Shown: positions 7,836 to 18,141, counted from the stretch's first letter. The stretch is 32,000 nucleotides of DNA from Candidatus Saccharimonadota bacterium (GCF_965196625.1 NZ_OZ239769.1:1020001-1052000); one strand, 5' to 3'. Translations and numbers: made by a program. The notes: generated from the letters alone by a model not told the origin.

Positions 7836-9173
7836 ATGGCATATGTCTGTACAAACTGTGGCCTTGAATATGTTAAATGGCAAGGCAAATGTGACGCTTG
7901 TAAAGAATGGAACAAGCTAAGCGCATTTGCTACAAAAAGCAATACCAAACGTGATATAGCTGAAAATAAATTAAATATTAAATATCCTAAAAGGTTAGAC
8001 GAGATTCAAGCGGCTACTAGCAAACGGCTGCTATCTGCAGATGCAGAGTTCAATAGGGTACTGGGTGGGGGGATTGTTCCAGGCTCGTTGGTGCTATTGG
8101 GTGGTGAACCTGGTATTGGCAAATCAACGCTTTTGCTCCAAGTGGCGTTACAGCTAAAAGCGGTTAAAATATTATATGTATCTGGAGAAGAAACAGAGCA
8201 TCAAATTAAACTCCGCGCTGCGCGCTTAGGATTATCTTCACCCAACTGCTTTCTATTACAGGAATGTGCACTTGTACAGATCCTCAAGCATGCCAATGAT
8301 TTGGCACCCACTTTATTGGTGATAGATTCGATTCAAACCTTATATGCTGAGGAAGAAGAAGGGGTAATAGGTAGCATCAATCAGATTAGATCTTGTACTA
8401 CACGGTTGTTGGATTACGCTAAAAACACAGACGTAGCGATATTTTTAATAGGGCATATCAATAAAGATGGGGCTTTAGCAGGCCCTAAACTATTGGAGCA
8501 TATGGTGGATACGGTATTACAGTTTGAGGGAGATAAACCATGCTTATATCGAATGGTACGGACGATAAAGAATCGATTTGGCCCTACCTCAGAATTAGGT
8601 ATATATGAAATGAAAGTCAGTGGACTACATGGTGTTACCAATCCTTCTTCGATGTTGCTTTCTGGGAAAGACTATATTTTAAGTGGCATAGCAATTGGAG
8701 CCTGTTTAGAGGGTACTAGGCCACTAATGCTTGAAATTCAATCATTGGTAACCGCAACCCGGTATGGAAACCCGCAACGAAATGCTACAGGCTACGACCC
8801 AAGGCGATTGAACATGCTGCTAGCTGTACTGGAAAAGCGAACGGGTGTGCGTTTACATGACCGTGATGTATTTTTAAATATTACAGGGGGGCTTAGGGTA
8901 GATGATACGGCATTGGATTTGGCCATTTGTATGGCCATTATAAGCGCGCTCAAGGATAAGGTTATTTCAAATTTTAAATGCTTTATAGCAGAAGTAGGAT
9001 TAGGGGGTGAATTGAGAGGCGTACACAGAATGGAACATAGAATAGCAGAAGCGGAAAAACTGGGATTTAAAGAGGTATTTATAGCAGCGCAACATGAAGG
9101 GTTTTCTAAAGCTTTTAGTATAAAAATTAACCTGATTAAAAACCTAAAAGAGCTGATCACACAACTCAACTAA
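7836..9173 (+). CDS. radA: DNA repair protein RadA/Sms
   Basis: 445 aa. N-terminal zinc finger CTNCG..GKCDACKEWN, Walker A GGEPGIGKST, the KNRFG motif and a Lon-like C-terminal domain. Confidence 0.95.
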   Translation: MAYVCTNCGLEYVKWQGKCDACKEWNKLSAFATKSNTKRDIAENKLNIKYPKRLDEIQAATSKRLLSADAEFNRVLGGGIVPGSLVLLGGEPGIGKSTLLLQVALQLKAVKILYVSGEETEHQIKLRAARLGLSSPNCFLLQECALVQILKHANDLAPTLLVIDSIQTLYAEEEEGVIGSINQIRSCTTRLLDYAKNTDVAIFLIGHINKDGALAGPKLLEHMVDTVLQFEGDKPCLYRMVRTIKNRFGPTSELGIYEMKVSGLHGVTNPSSMLLSGKDYILSGIAIGACLEGTRPLMLEIQSLVTATRYGNPQRNATGYDPRRLNMLLAVLEKRTGVRLHDRDVFLNITGGLRVDDTALDLAICMAIISALKDKVISNFKCFIAEVGLGGELRGVHRMEHRIAEAEKLGFKEVFIAAQHEGFSKAFSIKINLIKNLKELITQLN

Positions 9174-9258
9174 AAGGCACGTTTTTCTTTTTTTTAAGGT
9201 AATTCTGCCATGCAGTTGAATGGATACGTAATGAATAGATTACCACTTAATCTAAACG

Positions 9259-9330
9259 TAGCCCGTAGGGGAATCGAACCCCTGTTTCCAGGATGAAAAC
9301 CTGACGTCCTAACCCCTAGACGAACGGGCC
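9259..9330 (-). tRNA. tRNA-Glu (anticodon UUC)
   Basis: Minus-strand sequence GGCCCGTTCGTCTAGGGGTTAGGACGTCAGGTTTTCATCCTGGAAACAGGGGTTCGATTCCCCTACGGGCTA folds as a cloverleaf. It has a 7-bp acceptor stem, D stem GTCT/GGAC, anticodon loop TTTTCAT (TTC), and T arm AGGGG-TTCGATT-CCCCT. CCA is not encoded. Confidence 0.9.
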
Positions 9331-9340
9331 ATAAAGCAAT

Positions 9341-9365
9341 AGCTAGCTGTATATACCAGCTAGCT
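9341..9365 (-). terminator. Perfect 9-bp hairpin between the OMP gene and tRNA-Glu; candidate intrinsic terminator or processing site
   Basis: agctagctg-tatatac-cagctagct, followed on the minus strand by attgctttat. The U-tract is weak. Confidence 0.35.
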
Positions 9366-9429
9366 GCTACTAAAATGAAATGAAATGAAACAAAAAGGTA
9401 TGCAAACGCTACTTTTCTTTACTTTCAGA

Positions 9430-10182
9430 TTACTCAGAGAACAAAGATGCAAGGTTATAATTTATACCGATAGTTGCACATTGCAAACCGAGTTCTTTAA
9501 GTCCAGCAGTACTACTGTATATAGTTTGATTTTTACCTTCTTCTATTTTAAGCTTATTCATGAAAAACCAGTCATATTTTAGCTCAATACCAAGTCCAAT
9601 ACTGGTGAATTGATACCCAAGAAGACCCGAAACACCTAGATCAAATCCAGAGATCTCTTTTTTCTTAGTATCATCAAGGTTAATATCTTTACTATCTTCT
9701 GTGCAAGTTGTTTTGAATGGAATATAAGGAGCAACACCAACAGAAACTTTTAACATACCTGCTTCTTCTTGGCGACCAAGCGGATACCAGAATAGACGTA
9801 CTGCACCATTAACACCATGGCTAACCATACTAATAGATGGTTTTGTAGCGTTACTTGAACTGCTTTGATTGTTTGCATTTGAATTTTCCTCAGTTTCTTT
9901 CAAAGTAGCTCCTTGCTTCATATATCTGAGATCTATGCCAAGTCCAACCTGATCTGCAAATGCATATTCAGCATAAAGACCAGCAGCAACCCAAGGGTGA
10001 CCAATTAAACTGCTATCTGCTTTTTTACTACCAAACTTAACATCATCACCATATCCTTTAGCAGAGGATACGCTTAGGGCAGCATTAAGACCATACTCGA
10101 ACGGACTTACTTCTTCTGCCTGTGCATTGAATGTAGCGCAAGCTAAGAGGCCTGCCATCAAACTTCTTTTGATTCCTTTCAT
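9430..10182 (-). CDS. Outer-membrane beta-barrel protein (porin / OMP_b-brl-like)
   Basis: 250 aa. Signal peptide MKGIKRSLMAGLLACATFNAQA|EE. Alternating hydrophobic beta-strand pattern with aromatic girdles (GLYAEYAF, GIDLRYM, GIELKYDWF). One Ser/Asn-rich loop. Confidence 0.6.
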   Translation of the reverse strand: MKGIKRSLMAGLLACATFNAQAEEVSPFEYGLNAALSVSSAKGYGDDVKFGSKKADSSLIGHPWVAAGLYAEYAFADQVGLGIDLRYMKQGATLKETEENSNANNQSSSSNATKPSISMVSHGVNGAVRLFWYPLGRQEEAGMLKVSVGVAPYIPFKTTCTEDSKDINLDDTKKKEISGFDLGVSGLLGYQFTSIGLGIELKYDWFFMNKLKIEEGKNQTIYSSTAGLKELGLQCATIGINYNLASLFSE

Positions 10183-10351
10183 ACTATTAAAATTATTTTC
10201 TGTTATTAACTTCTTTTATTACTTAATTAACTGCTACTATGCAGAAACAGGCCCACTTTATTACAAGCCAAGCCGCCCCCGCTAAATGACTTTAATAGCA
10301 GCAATATTAAGGTTAATTTAAAAAAAAACCAAATAAATATTACCTATTTCT

Positions 10352-11029
10352 TTATTTGTCTTGAAACTGGCTTAAATAGCAGGGTGTATAACTGGCCAGA
10401 TCTTCCCAAAGCTGCTTTTGAAACTTAGCAAAAGCCAAATAGCCTATCTGTATAGCAGAAGGAACTACTTGCTCTATGAACTGGATATTTTTATTTCCCA
10501 TAAAAAATAGCTTCGTTTTTGGAACACCATCTCCAAAAAAGAGCAAAGGCCCACCCGGTAGCCCATCTCTGTATAACTTACTATCTAATAAAGCCACATG
10601 GGCAGAACGTTTGATCTGACCTGATGCATCAACTATAAGCGTATAAATAGCATTACGCCGGGCATCAATGGCAGGACATAGTAGGGTATCCATTGAAAGA
10701 GATCTAATAAACGGACAGATGCCATATGCCATGGCCTCTAATGTGCCCACTGAGATAAGTGGAATATCTAATCCATAACAAAGACCTTTTGCTACTGCAG
10801 TGCCAATCCGCAAGCCAGTGAAAGAACCAGGACCACCAGAGATGGCTACAGCAGCCAACGACCTGCGCTTAAAGTTACTATTTTTTAATAAATCTTCTAT
10901 AATGGGCATGAGGTATTCTGAATGGGAACGATCCATTAAAAGTGTGGTATGGGCCACCTGTTTACCACTATGGTGTAACGCAACGGAACAAGCAGCTGTA
11001 GCGGTTTCAATGCTTAAAATAAGGGACAT
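10352..11029 (-). CDS. tsaB: tRNA t6A37 threonylcarbamoyl-transfer complex dimerisation subunit TsaB (YeaZ)
   Basis: 225 aa. ILSIETATAACSVAL and GPGSFTGLRIGTAVAKGL are typical TsaB/YeaZ motifs. Confidence 0.88.
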   Translation of the reverse strand: MSLILSIETATAACSVALHHSGKQVAHTTLLMDRSHSEYLMPIIEDLLKNSNFKRRSLAAVAISGGPGSFTGLRIGTAVAKGLCYGLDIPLISVGTLEAMAYGICPFIRSLSMDTLLCPAIDARRNAIYTLIVDASGQIKRSAHVALLDSKLYRDGLPGGPLLFFGDGVPKTKLFFMGNKNIQFIEQVVPSAIQIGYLAFAKFQKQLWEDLASYTPCYLSQFQDK

Positions 11030-11089
11030 ATAGAAAAATTTGGTGCAGTATGAATAGATTTTGCATAGTTCAGTATAGCCATGCTTGGC

Positions 11090-11992
11090 TTATTGCCATG
11101 ATCTACTATGGGTATGACAAAGAAAACTGCTGATTAGGTCAAAATACAACATAGGCCAGGTGCCACTTGCTTTAAAAACATATGCATTGGCATGTAAGAA
11201 ATTAAGCTTTGTTTTCAATGTAGCCTTTGGTATATATGCTTTTAACTGACGATAAGCCAATGACTTTTTTTCAATCGATCCACCCACCAGTAAGGCACAA
11301 GAAGTAGGCTCTAAACGCATAACCTGGATGACAGCTGATAGGTAACTCAAAAAGTCATCAGATGTTGTATAAGTAAAAAGATTACAATAGCTTAGTTTGC
11401 CTTTATTATACACCACTATGTACAAATAATCTTCTGTCAACCAAACAAATAATTCTGTTTTAGGTAGGCACTCTACTTGGCATCCTTCTATAATGGCATT
11501 AGCCTGATGGATAATATGAAAATTACTACCAGTATAGCGTTTTCTAAACCAATCCAATACAGCCGCATTTTCTGAAAAGACCACAGAGATTTTTGCCAAT
11601 AGATGGGTAAAAGAGATGACTTCATCGTTTGGATCTACACCGCAAGCAACATGCATATAGCTCAACAAATCTTTTGTGCTGAGCAACAAATGGGGCAACA
11701 GGGTAAACTTTTGATTTGAAATAGATAAGGTAACAGAGCGCCAATTCTTTTTAATCAGAAAAAAATCTTGATTATAAAATTGCTCCAAGCTTTTAATATA
11801 GCTTGGGTGGTTTTTATCGAGGGGAAGTGCATATATACCCAACAGTAAACATTCTTGCGTAGCATGTTCTATACAGCATACTTTAATCAAACCATGTCCG
11901 ATATTAATAGACAAGTGGTAGTTGATGCTTTTATCAAAGTTAAATTTGCCTGGATGAACAACAGAAAGAATTTTTTTCGGGAAGACTTCCAT
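11090..11992 (-). CDS. Conserved hypothetical protein, tentatively DUF3822-like (Bacteroidota-specific)
   Basis: 300-aa track ORF. YHLSINIGHGLIKVCCIE resembles, from memory, the N-terminal pattern of DUF3822 proteins. Not verifiable without an HMM search. Confidence 0.5.
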   Translation of the reverse strand: MEVFPKKILSVVHPGKFNFDKSINYHLSINIGHGLIKVCCIEHATQECLLLGIYALPLDKNHPSYIKSLEQFYNQDFFLIKKNWRSVTLSISNQKFTLLPHLLLSTKDLLSYMHVACGVDPNDEVISFTHLLAKISVVFSENAAVLDWFRKRYTGSNFHIIHQANAIIEGCQVECLPKTELFVWLTEDYLYIVVYNKGKLSYCNLFTYTTSDDFLSYLSAVIQVMRLEPTSCALLVGGSIEKKSLAYRQLKAYIPKATLKTKLNFLHANAYVFKASGTWPMLYFDLISSFLCHTHSRSWQ

Positions 11993-12107
11993 AATTAATC
12001 TTTATATGAGCTATCGTTACTTACATAAAAATTTTCCTTCACATTTACCTAATATAGGGGTTTTTACTTAACTTTATATGAAATACATTACTTAACCTTT
12101 TGTTTGT

Positions 12108-12464
12108 ATGACAAAAAAAATAGCGGCTATTTTTTTAGCATCGTTACTCTTATACTGGGGGGGAAAGCCAGCCTTCACAAAACTCTTTACTAGTCATAGG
12201 CCCACTACTATAATCAATGAAGCCGTTTTTATCCATGTAGTAAGGGATCTAGAACTGTTAAACAGTTGGTTGCTCAATAGGTATTTTCCCCAAGAAATGG
12301 CAGATAGATTGCGTCACCAAAACCATCAAAAAATATTAGCATCATACGGAGTAGATCCAAAAGCTTTTGAAGAGAGCTTAAAGTATTATTTAGATGATTC
12401 GCTCGAAAGGGCGCTAAAGATGTATGATAAAGTTTACCTAGCTTTAGAGGAATGTGCGATTTAG
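12108..12464 (+). CDS. Small exported or membrane-anchored protein, tentatively DUF4296-like
   Basis: 118 aa. N-terminal hydrophobic segment KKIAAIFLASLLLYWGG. The C-terminal SYGVDPKAFEESLKYYLDD...MYDKVYLALEE resembles the DUF4296 pattern from memory. Confidence 0.5.
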   Translation: MTKKIAAIFLASLLLYWGGKPAFTKLFTSHRPTTIINEAVFIHVVRDLELLNSWLLNRYFPQEMADRLRHQNHQKILASYGVDPKAFEESLKYYLDDSLERALKMYDKVYLALEECAI

Positions 12465-12483
12465 TTTTTAATTTTTTGATATA

Positions 12484-12936
12484 ATGCCCATTCCAATTGG
12501 TAGCTATGTACGGATTAAAAATCAAAAGGCTATAGGTCAAGTCGTAGCCATAGAGCTCCATAAGCTATTGATTGCTGTTGGAAAGCTGCACTTGTATCTG
12601 CCGCTTCAGGCCGTTGAAGTCGTAGAAGCGCCTCTACCTATTCAAACCAAAGGTATCCAAGCCAAAGGTATTGCGGTGCGTGCACCCTATACAGTAGCTG
12701 ATCCAATACTTGACCTGCACGGTTTCAACAAAACGCAAGCACTTCCTGTAGTAGAAAAATTTTTAGACCATTCATTGCTATTGGGCCACAGTCGATTAAA
12801 AATCATTCATGGACAGGGAAAAGGCATTTTGCGTAGCGCCATACGGAGCTATTTAAAAGCCCACCCGTTCGTAAAAAAAGTAATCTTACAAAGCCCAATA
12901 TACTGTATGAACGGTATGACAATAGTTGAAATATAG
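12484..12936 (+). CDS. Stand-alone Smr-domain protein (resembles the MutS2 C-terminus)
   Basis: 150 aa. LDLHGFNKTQALPVVEKFLDHSLLLGHSRLKIIHGQGKGILRSAIRSYLKAHPFV is a canonical Smr domain (LDLHG...HG.G.G.L). It is preceded by a short beta-rich segment (GSYVRIKNQKAIGQVVAI). Confidence 0.8.
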   Translation: MPIPIGSYVRIKNQKAIGQVVAIELHKLLIAVGKLHLYLPLQAVEVVEAPLPIQTKGIQAKGIAVRAPYTVADPILDLHGFNKTQALPVVEKFLDHSLLLGHSRLKIIHGQGKGILRSAIRSYLKAHPFVKKVILQSPIYCMNGMTIVEI

Positions 12937-12966
12937 TGTAATGTTCGGTTAAACCTATTATCTTGA

Positions 12967-14949
<1,983 letters not shown>

Positions 14950-15002
14950 AGCCGAACCGATTTTTTGAGTGGCCGTACTTTCAAGCTATTATATTGTATC
15001 TT

Positions 15003-15156
15003 TATAATAGACCTCTTGCATAAGCTATTTATGATCAGCAATTTTTAGAAGAAACGCAGTCGAGAACCGCAGAATACTAAATATATTTGAGGAGCGTAGA
15101 CAAGTTTCGACAACAAAATGACCATTAGAAATAGGTTATGCAAGAGGTCTAATAGC
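15003..15156. repeat. Family-A long palindromic element, copy 2, downstream of gyrB
   Basis: The left arm starts at tagacctcttgcataagctattt (15008-15030). Its inverted partner is aaataggttatgcaagaggtcta (15129-15151), with 16/16 identity in the tagacctcttgcataa stretch. The core agaagaaacgcagtcgagaaccgcagaatactaaatatatttgagga is homologous to the 7706-7752 core. Confidence 0.7.
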
Positions 15157-15249
15157 TTTTTTAACTTAAAATGTATACATTGAGCTTGTATCTGTTTAGG
15201 CAGCCGTTCATTTTTTGAACTTTTAAACACTTTAAAGTAAAGTAAAATT

Positions 15250-15447
15250 ATGTGCAGAAACATCTATTACTTAGTATTAGGCGTAGTATTGGGAACTATA
15301 TTGGGTTTTTTGGTCTGCGATGATACGAAGAAAAAAATCACTAAAGCGATCCAAAATAAAGCGAAGCGGTTGTCTGGTTGTGTGCGATCATCTTCTGAAA
15401 AAGCTGAAGAAGTAATGGATGCGGTTAAAAACGCCGTTAAGGGATAA
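15250..15447 (+). CDS. Small membrane-anchored protein, YtxH-like (tentative)
   Basis: 65 aa. One TM segment with a Gly zipper (YYLVLGVVLGTILGFLV) followed by a charged helical tail. A strong hairpin terminator lies 33 nt downstream. Confidence 0.45.
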   Translation: MCRNIYYLVLGVVLGTILGFLVCDDTKKKITKAIQNKAKRLSGCVRSSSEKAEEVMDAVKNAVKG

Positions 15448-15479
15448 GCTTAGCTGGTTGAGTAGCATTAGCATACATT

Positions 15480-15516
15480 GGCTAAAAAAGCTGTTTGCTT
15501 TTTTAGCCGGTTTTAC
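15480..15516 (+). terminator. Intrinsic terminator
   Basis: Perfect 12-bp stem ggctaaaaaagc / gcttttttagcc with a 5-nt loop (15480-15508), followed by ggttttac. Confidence 0.55.
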
Positions 15517-15548
15517 AGCTTATTTTGTTTGTTTAATCCCTGTAATAT

Positions 15549-15740
15549 ATGTCTAAAAAATTATGGTTGGGTTGGGGCGCCCTGTTAAGTAGCCTTTTTA
15601 TATGGTTTTTTATCTCTAATAAAGACCATATAAAAGTTAAAAAAAAGCTCTATGGCGCTCTGCAGCGGGCTTCTTTATCAATTATCACCAAACGTTTATT
15701 AAAGCCTTGGGTAAAAAAGATTATTCCCTTGCTGTTTTAA
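15549..15740 (+). CDS. Possible small membrane protein
   Basis: 63-aa track ORF. One hydrophobic helix (LWLGWGALLSSLFIWFFI) and a basic tail. No homology recognised. Confidence 0.3.
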   Translation: MSKKLWLGWGALLSSLFIWFFISNKDHIKVKKKLYGALQRASLSIITKRLLKPWVKKIIPLLF

Positions 15741-15751
15741 GTAGTATGCTC

Positions 15752-16174
15752 CGCCGCTAATGGCTGCTCAATAAGCCGTTCGTATGACGTGCTCTAATGG
15801 CCGCTGATAAAAATTTGGCACACAATAAAATACTGTAACGAGCTGCTTTGCATCGGGAAAGTTATAAACGCAACCTGCTGCGCGGGCTTCAGACGACGCT
15901 GGTTAAGTGGGCTAAAAACTTGTCTCTTTTGTTGCGTATTGTGTAAAAGACGTTTTACGGAGGTTCCTATGCTCCCTCGCTTGCGGCCCTCGATAAATGA
16001 ATTTGGCACACAGTAAAAATAATGAAACGAACTCTTTTTCAACGGGAAAATCAGACCTTGCCCGCTACGCGGGCTTCAAACAAAACTGATTTTCTGATCC
16101 GCTGAAAAAGAGTTTGTTAAAAGGCTACTATTTTACTGAAAGCGCCAAATTCCTTTATCGGCGGCCATTAGCAC
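15752..16174. repeat. Family-B composite palindromic repeat: two tandem units bounded by ~30-bp terminal inverted repeats, plus a partial extra terminus
   Basis: Left TIR gctctaatggccgctgataaaaatttggc (15791-15819) matches the reverse complement of gccaaattcctttatcggcggccattagc (16144-16172). Both units start aatttggcacaca[a/g]taaaa (15812, 15999) and share cgcgggcttca (15881, 16068). Unit 2 is a ~150-nt hairpin: 16001-16055 pairs with 16084-16150. An extra partial terminus gctaatggctgctcaataa is at 15756-15774. Confidence 0.75.
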
Positions 16175-16356
16175 CTTAAGTTGGCGCAATGGGAACAACC
16201 GCCCATTAAAATGATGGTTTATCTGATAATCAATAAAATATATTCCTTACGTTAACACCATTGAAGCTGAATGCAATTAATTATGATAAAGCGTTTGGCA
16301 CTTTCAGTAAAACGGTAATCGTTGAGCGACGAATAGATTAAAAAAGCAATAAAGCA

Positions 16357-16977
16357 ATGCTCTACTCCAATAAATTTCATTTCCGGTTAAAAACCAGTAG
16401 AGGATTGGTTATGCTCCTAATAACTGCGATGTTGGGTCTACTAGGTTTTTGGGTGAATGGTTATTTTAAGCAAGGCAACCTATCCAAAGGGAATCACCTA
16501 CCAGCGCAGCACTATCAACCCCTTAAAAGTGGGTTCCCTTATCAATTTGAGTATTCGATACATGCGCATCTATTGCCCGCTACAAGTAGGCATACAATGG
16601 ACTACTGGGTTAACCTCTATTATCCTGATTTCGATGCCACGATTTACCTCTCCTATCAATCCGTTACAGATAACCAAGCCCTCCTAAACGATTGGTGTAA
16701 AAACGCCAGCGCACTAGCCTTCCAGCACCAAGTAAAGGCTTCCTCTATAGAGGAAAGCATTATTCAAACCCCAAAAGGCCATCAGGCACATGTTATAGAA
16801 CTCTTTGGTGAAGTGGCTACACCTTTTCAATTTTATACTACAGATGGCAAAAAACACTTTTTACGCGCCGCCCTTTACTTTAAAACCGCATCGCAAAATG
16901 ATGCTTTAGCACCAGTAATCGCCTATATCAAAAAAGATATGATACATATGCTCAATACGCTAGAGTGGAAAGCATAA
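16357..16977 (+). CDS. GldD-like gliding-motility/T9SS-associated protein (tentative)
   Basis: 206 aa. N-terminal TM or signal segment LVMLLITAMLGLLGFWV. WVNLYYPDFDATIYLSYQSV ... FQFYTTDGKKHFLRAALYFKTASQNDALAPVIAYIKKDMIHMLNTLEWK matches my recollection of the GldD family pattern. The true start may be the internal ATG at 16411. Confidence 0.5.
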   Translation: MLYSNKFHFRLKTSRGLVMLLITAMLGLLGFWVNGYFKQGNLSKGNHLPAQHYQPLKSGFPYQFEYSIHAHLLPATSRHTMDYWVNLYYPDFDATIYLSYQSVTDNQALLNDWCKNASALAFQHQVKASSIEESIIQTPKGHQAHVIELFGEVATPFQFYTTDGKKHFLRAALYFKTASQNDALAPVIAYIKKDMIHMLNTLEWKA

Positions 16978-17009
16978 AAAAATGGACGTTATACTTTTAT
17001 CTGCCCCTA

Positions 17010-17225
17010 TTAAACTGATCGCTCATTATCTTTAAGAGCAGTTAGCTCATTTTCAATATATTTTTCTAGTGCTTTGGTTTTTTCTATCTCTTCTGATATT
17101 TTTGCTATAGCCTGAGTTATTATTGGCCTAATTTCTCCTATATCTCTCTCTAACCCTTCTATTGCTATTTTTACTTTTTCTTTTTCATTTTTTTGTATAA
17201 TCCAGTACTTTTTCGCCCTTTTTAT
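17010..17225 (-). other. Start-less open frame that continues the coiled-coil gene in another frame
   Basis: Hand translation of the frame with codon low ends = 0 mod 3. It is open from just below the TAA at 17226-17228 to the TAA at 17010-17012 (71 codons). It contains no ATG, GTG or TTG. It encodes ...NEKEKVKIAIEGLERDIGEIRPIITQAIAKISEEIEKTKALEKYIENELTALKDNERSV. Confidence 0.45.
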
Positions 17226-17874
17226 TTACCTCTGTTACAAATTCTAATACATCTTTTCCTTGACTTACCATTTGAGCTTTCTTAACTGCCTCAGGCTTCA
17301 TATTTATCTGGCCTATAGCAAATGTAGATGCTTGTACAGCTTTTTGAGCAGTTTCTACTGCTTTGACTGCGACTGGCCTAAGGTCTTCGCGCACTTTTTT
17401 TACTATTGCTAGCTTCTCATTGAACTTTTCCAAGAATTGCTTGTCACAGACTATACTATTTTTTACATCTTGGACAATTGACATCATATCATTTACCATT
17501 TTTTCTTTAACAGATATAACGTCATCTGATGCGTCAGCCCTGTCAGCTATATCTATTTCTTCGACAATTGTTTGTACATCTCGACTTGCTTGTTGAGCTA
17601 TTCTATATTTTTCTTCTGATTTACAAGATACAAATTGTACATGCTTACGTAGTTCATGTAAAACGCTCATGCCCTTTTGGAGTTTATCCAATTCTGAAAT
17701 TACCACTTTCAACCTTTGGGAGACTATTTTGTCTGATTCATTTACTGAAAATTCTGCTTCATCTGCTAGCTTCCGTACTGTTCTTATCGCTTCGCTATTT
17801 CCTATTCTTGAAACGCCTACTGGTTTAACTACTTTACTACTATCGCTACTATTGGGCATAGGGCCACTGATCAT
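17185..17874 (-). CDS. Coiled-coil protein of unknown function, no signal peptide; apparently truncated at an A7 run
   Basis: 229-aa track ORF rich in E/K/Q/V heptad-like sequence (VISELDKLQKGMSVLHELRK, EKFNEKLAIVKKVREDL). The TGA stop at 17185-17187 follows directly after AAAAAAA (plus-strand T7 at 17188-17194). Confidence 0.55.
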   Translation of the reverse strand: MISGPMPNSSDSSKVVKPVGVSRIGNSEAIRTVRKLADEAEFSVNESDKIVSQRLKVVISELDKLQKGMSVLHELRKHVQFVSCKSEEKYRIAQQASRDVQTIVEEIDIADRADASDDVISVKEKMVNDMMSIVQDVKNSIVCDKQFLEKFNEKLAIVKKVREDLRPVAVKAVETAQKAVQASTFAIGQINMKPEAVKKAQMVSQGKDVLEFVTEVNKKGEKVLDYTKK

Positions 17875-17952
17875 GGCGCCACTCCCTTATATTTTGCGTT
17901 TAAAGAAGGTTTAGGCGTATGAATAGAATGGCTGCTGACAATATCTGGTAGT

Positions 17953-18010
17953 GGAGCCACTCCTTATTTTTACTGCGCGCCAACTTTTTATCGGCGGGCC
18001 ATGAGCAATC
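17953..18010. repeat. Solo right-end fragment of the family-B repeat
   Basis: ggagccactccttatttttactgcgcgccaactttttatcggcgggccatgagca aligns with 16121-16174 (aaggctactattttactgaaagcgccaaattcctttatcggcggccattagca). Confidence 0.5.
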
Positions 18011-18141
18011 GAGAATGTAGATATTTCTTAAAAAACTATTTGTAAATTTGCGTTGGACGTAATCTTGAATAATTTATTCATTGCATCTTATCGTTTAACC
18101 GTAGCCGTTATAGGCTATTGTATATCCCTTTTTAAGGGTCT

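Noticed and set aside
7663-7854. Track ORFs 7663-7854 (-), 15045-15263 (-) and 15794-16042 (-)
   Set aside because: Each lies almost entirely within a palindromic repeat copy. The reading frames are by-products of the repeats and their sequences are not protein-like.
8414-9169. Nested antisense ORFs inside radA (8414-8641, 8792-9169). Similar ones occur inside gyrB (14097-14459, 14563-14862), mfd (18270-18470, 20145-20510, 20682-20912), the coiled-coil gene (17363-17914 plus strand), rnr, priA, tsaB, gpsA and yebC
   Set aside because: All overlap strongly supported genes on the opposite strand or in another frame, and they have a skewed, low-complexity composition. They are typical shadow ORFs.
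9372-9392. Short tandem (atgaa)x3 microsatellite; checked as a possible CRISPR or tandem array
   Set aside because: There are only three 5-nt units and no spacer structure. It is trivial.
9385-9582. Track ORF of 65 aa (+) downstream of the tRNA
   Set aside because: It is antisense to the 3' end of the well-supported OMP gene and has no coding features.
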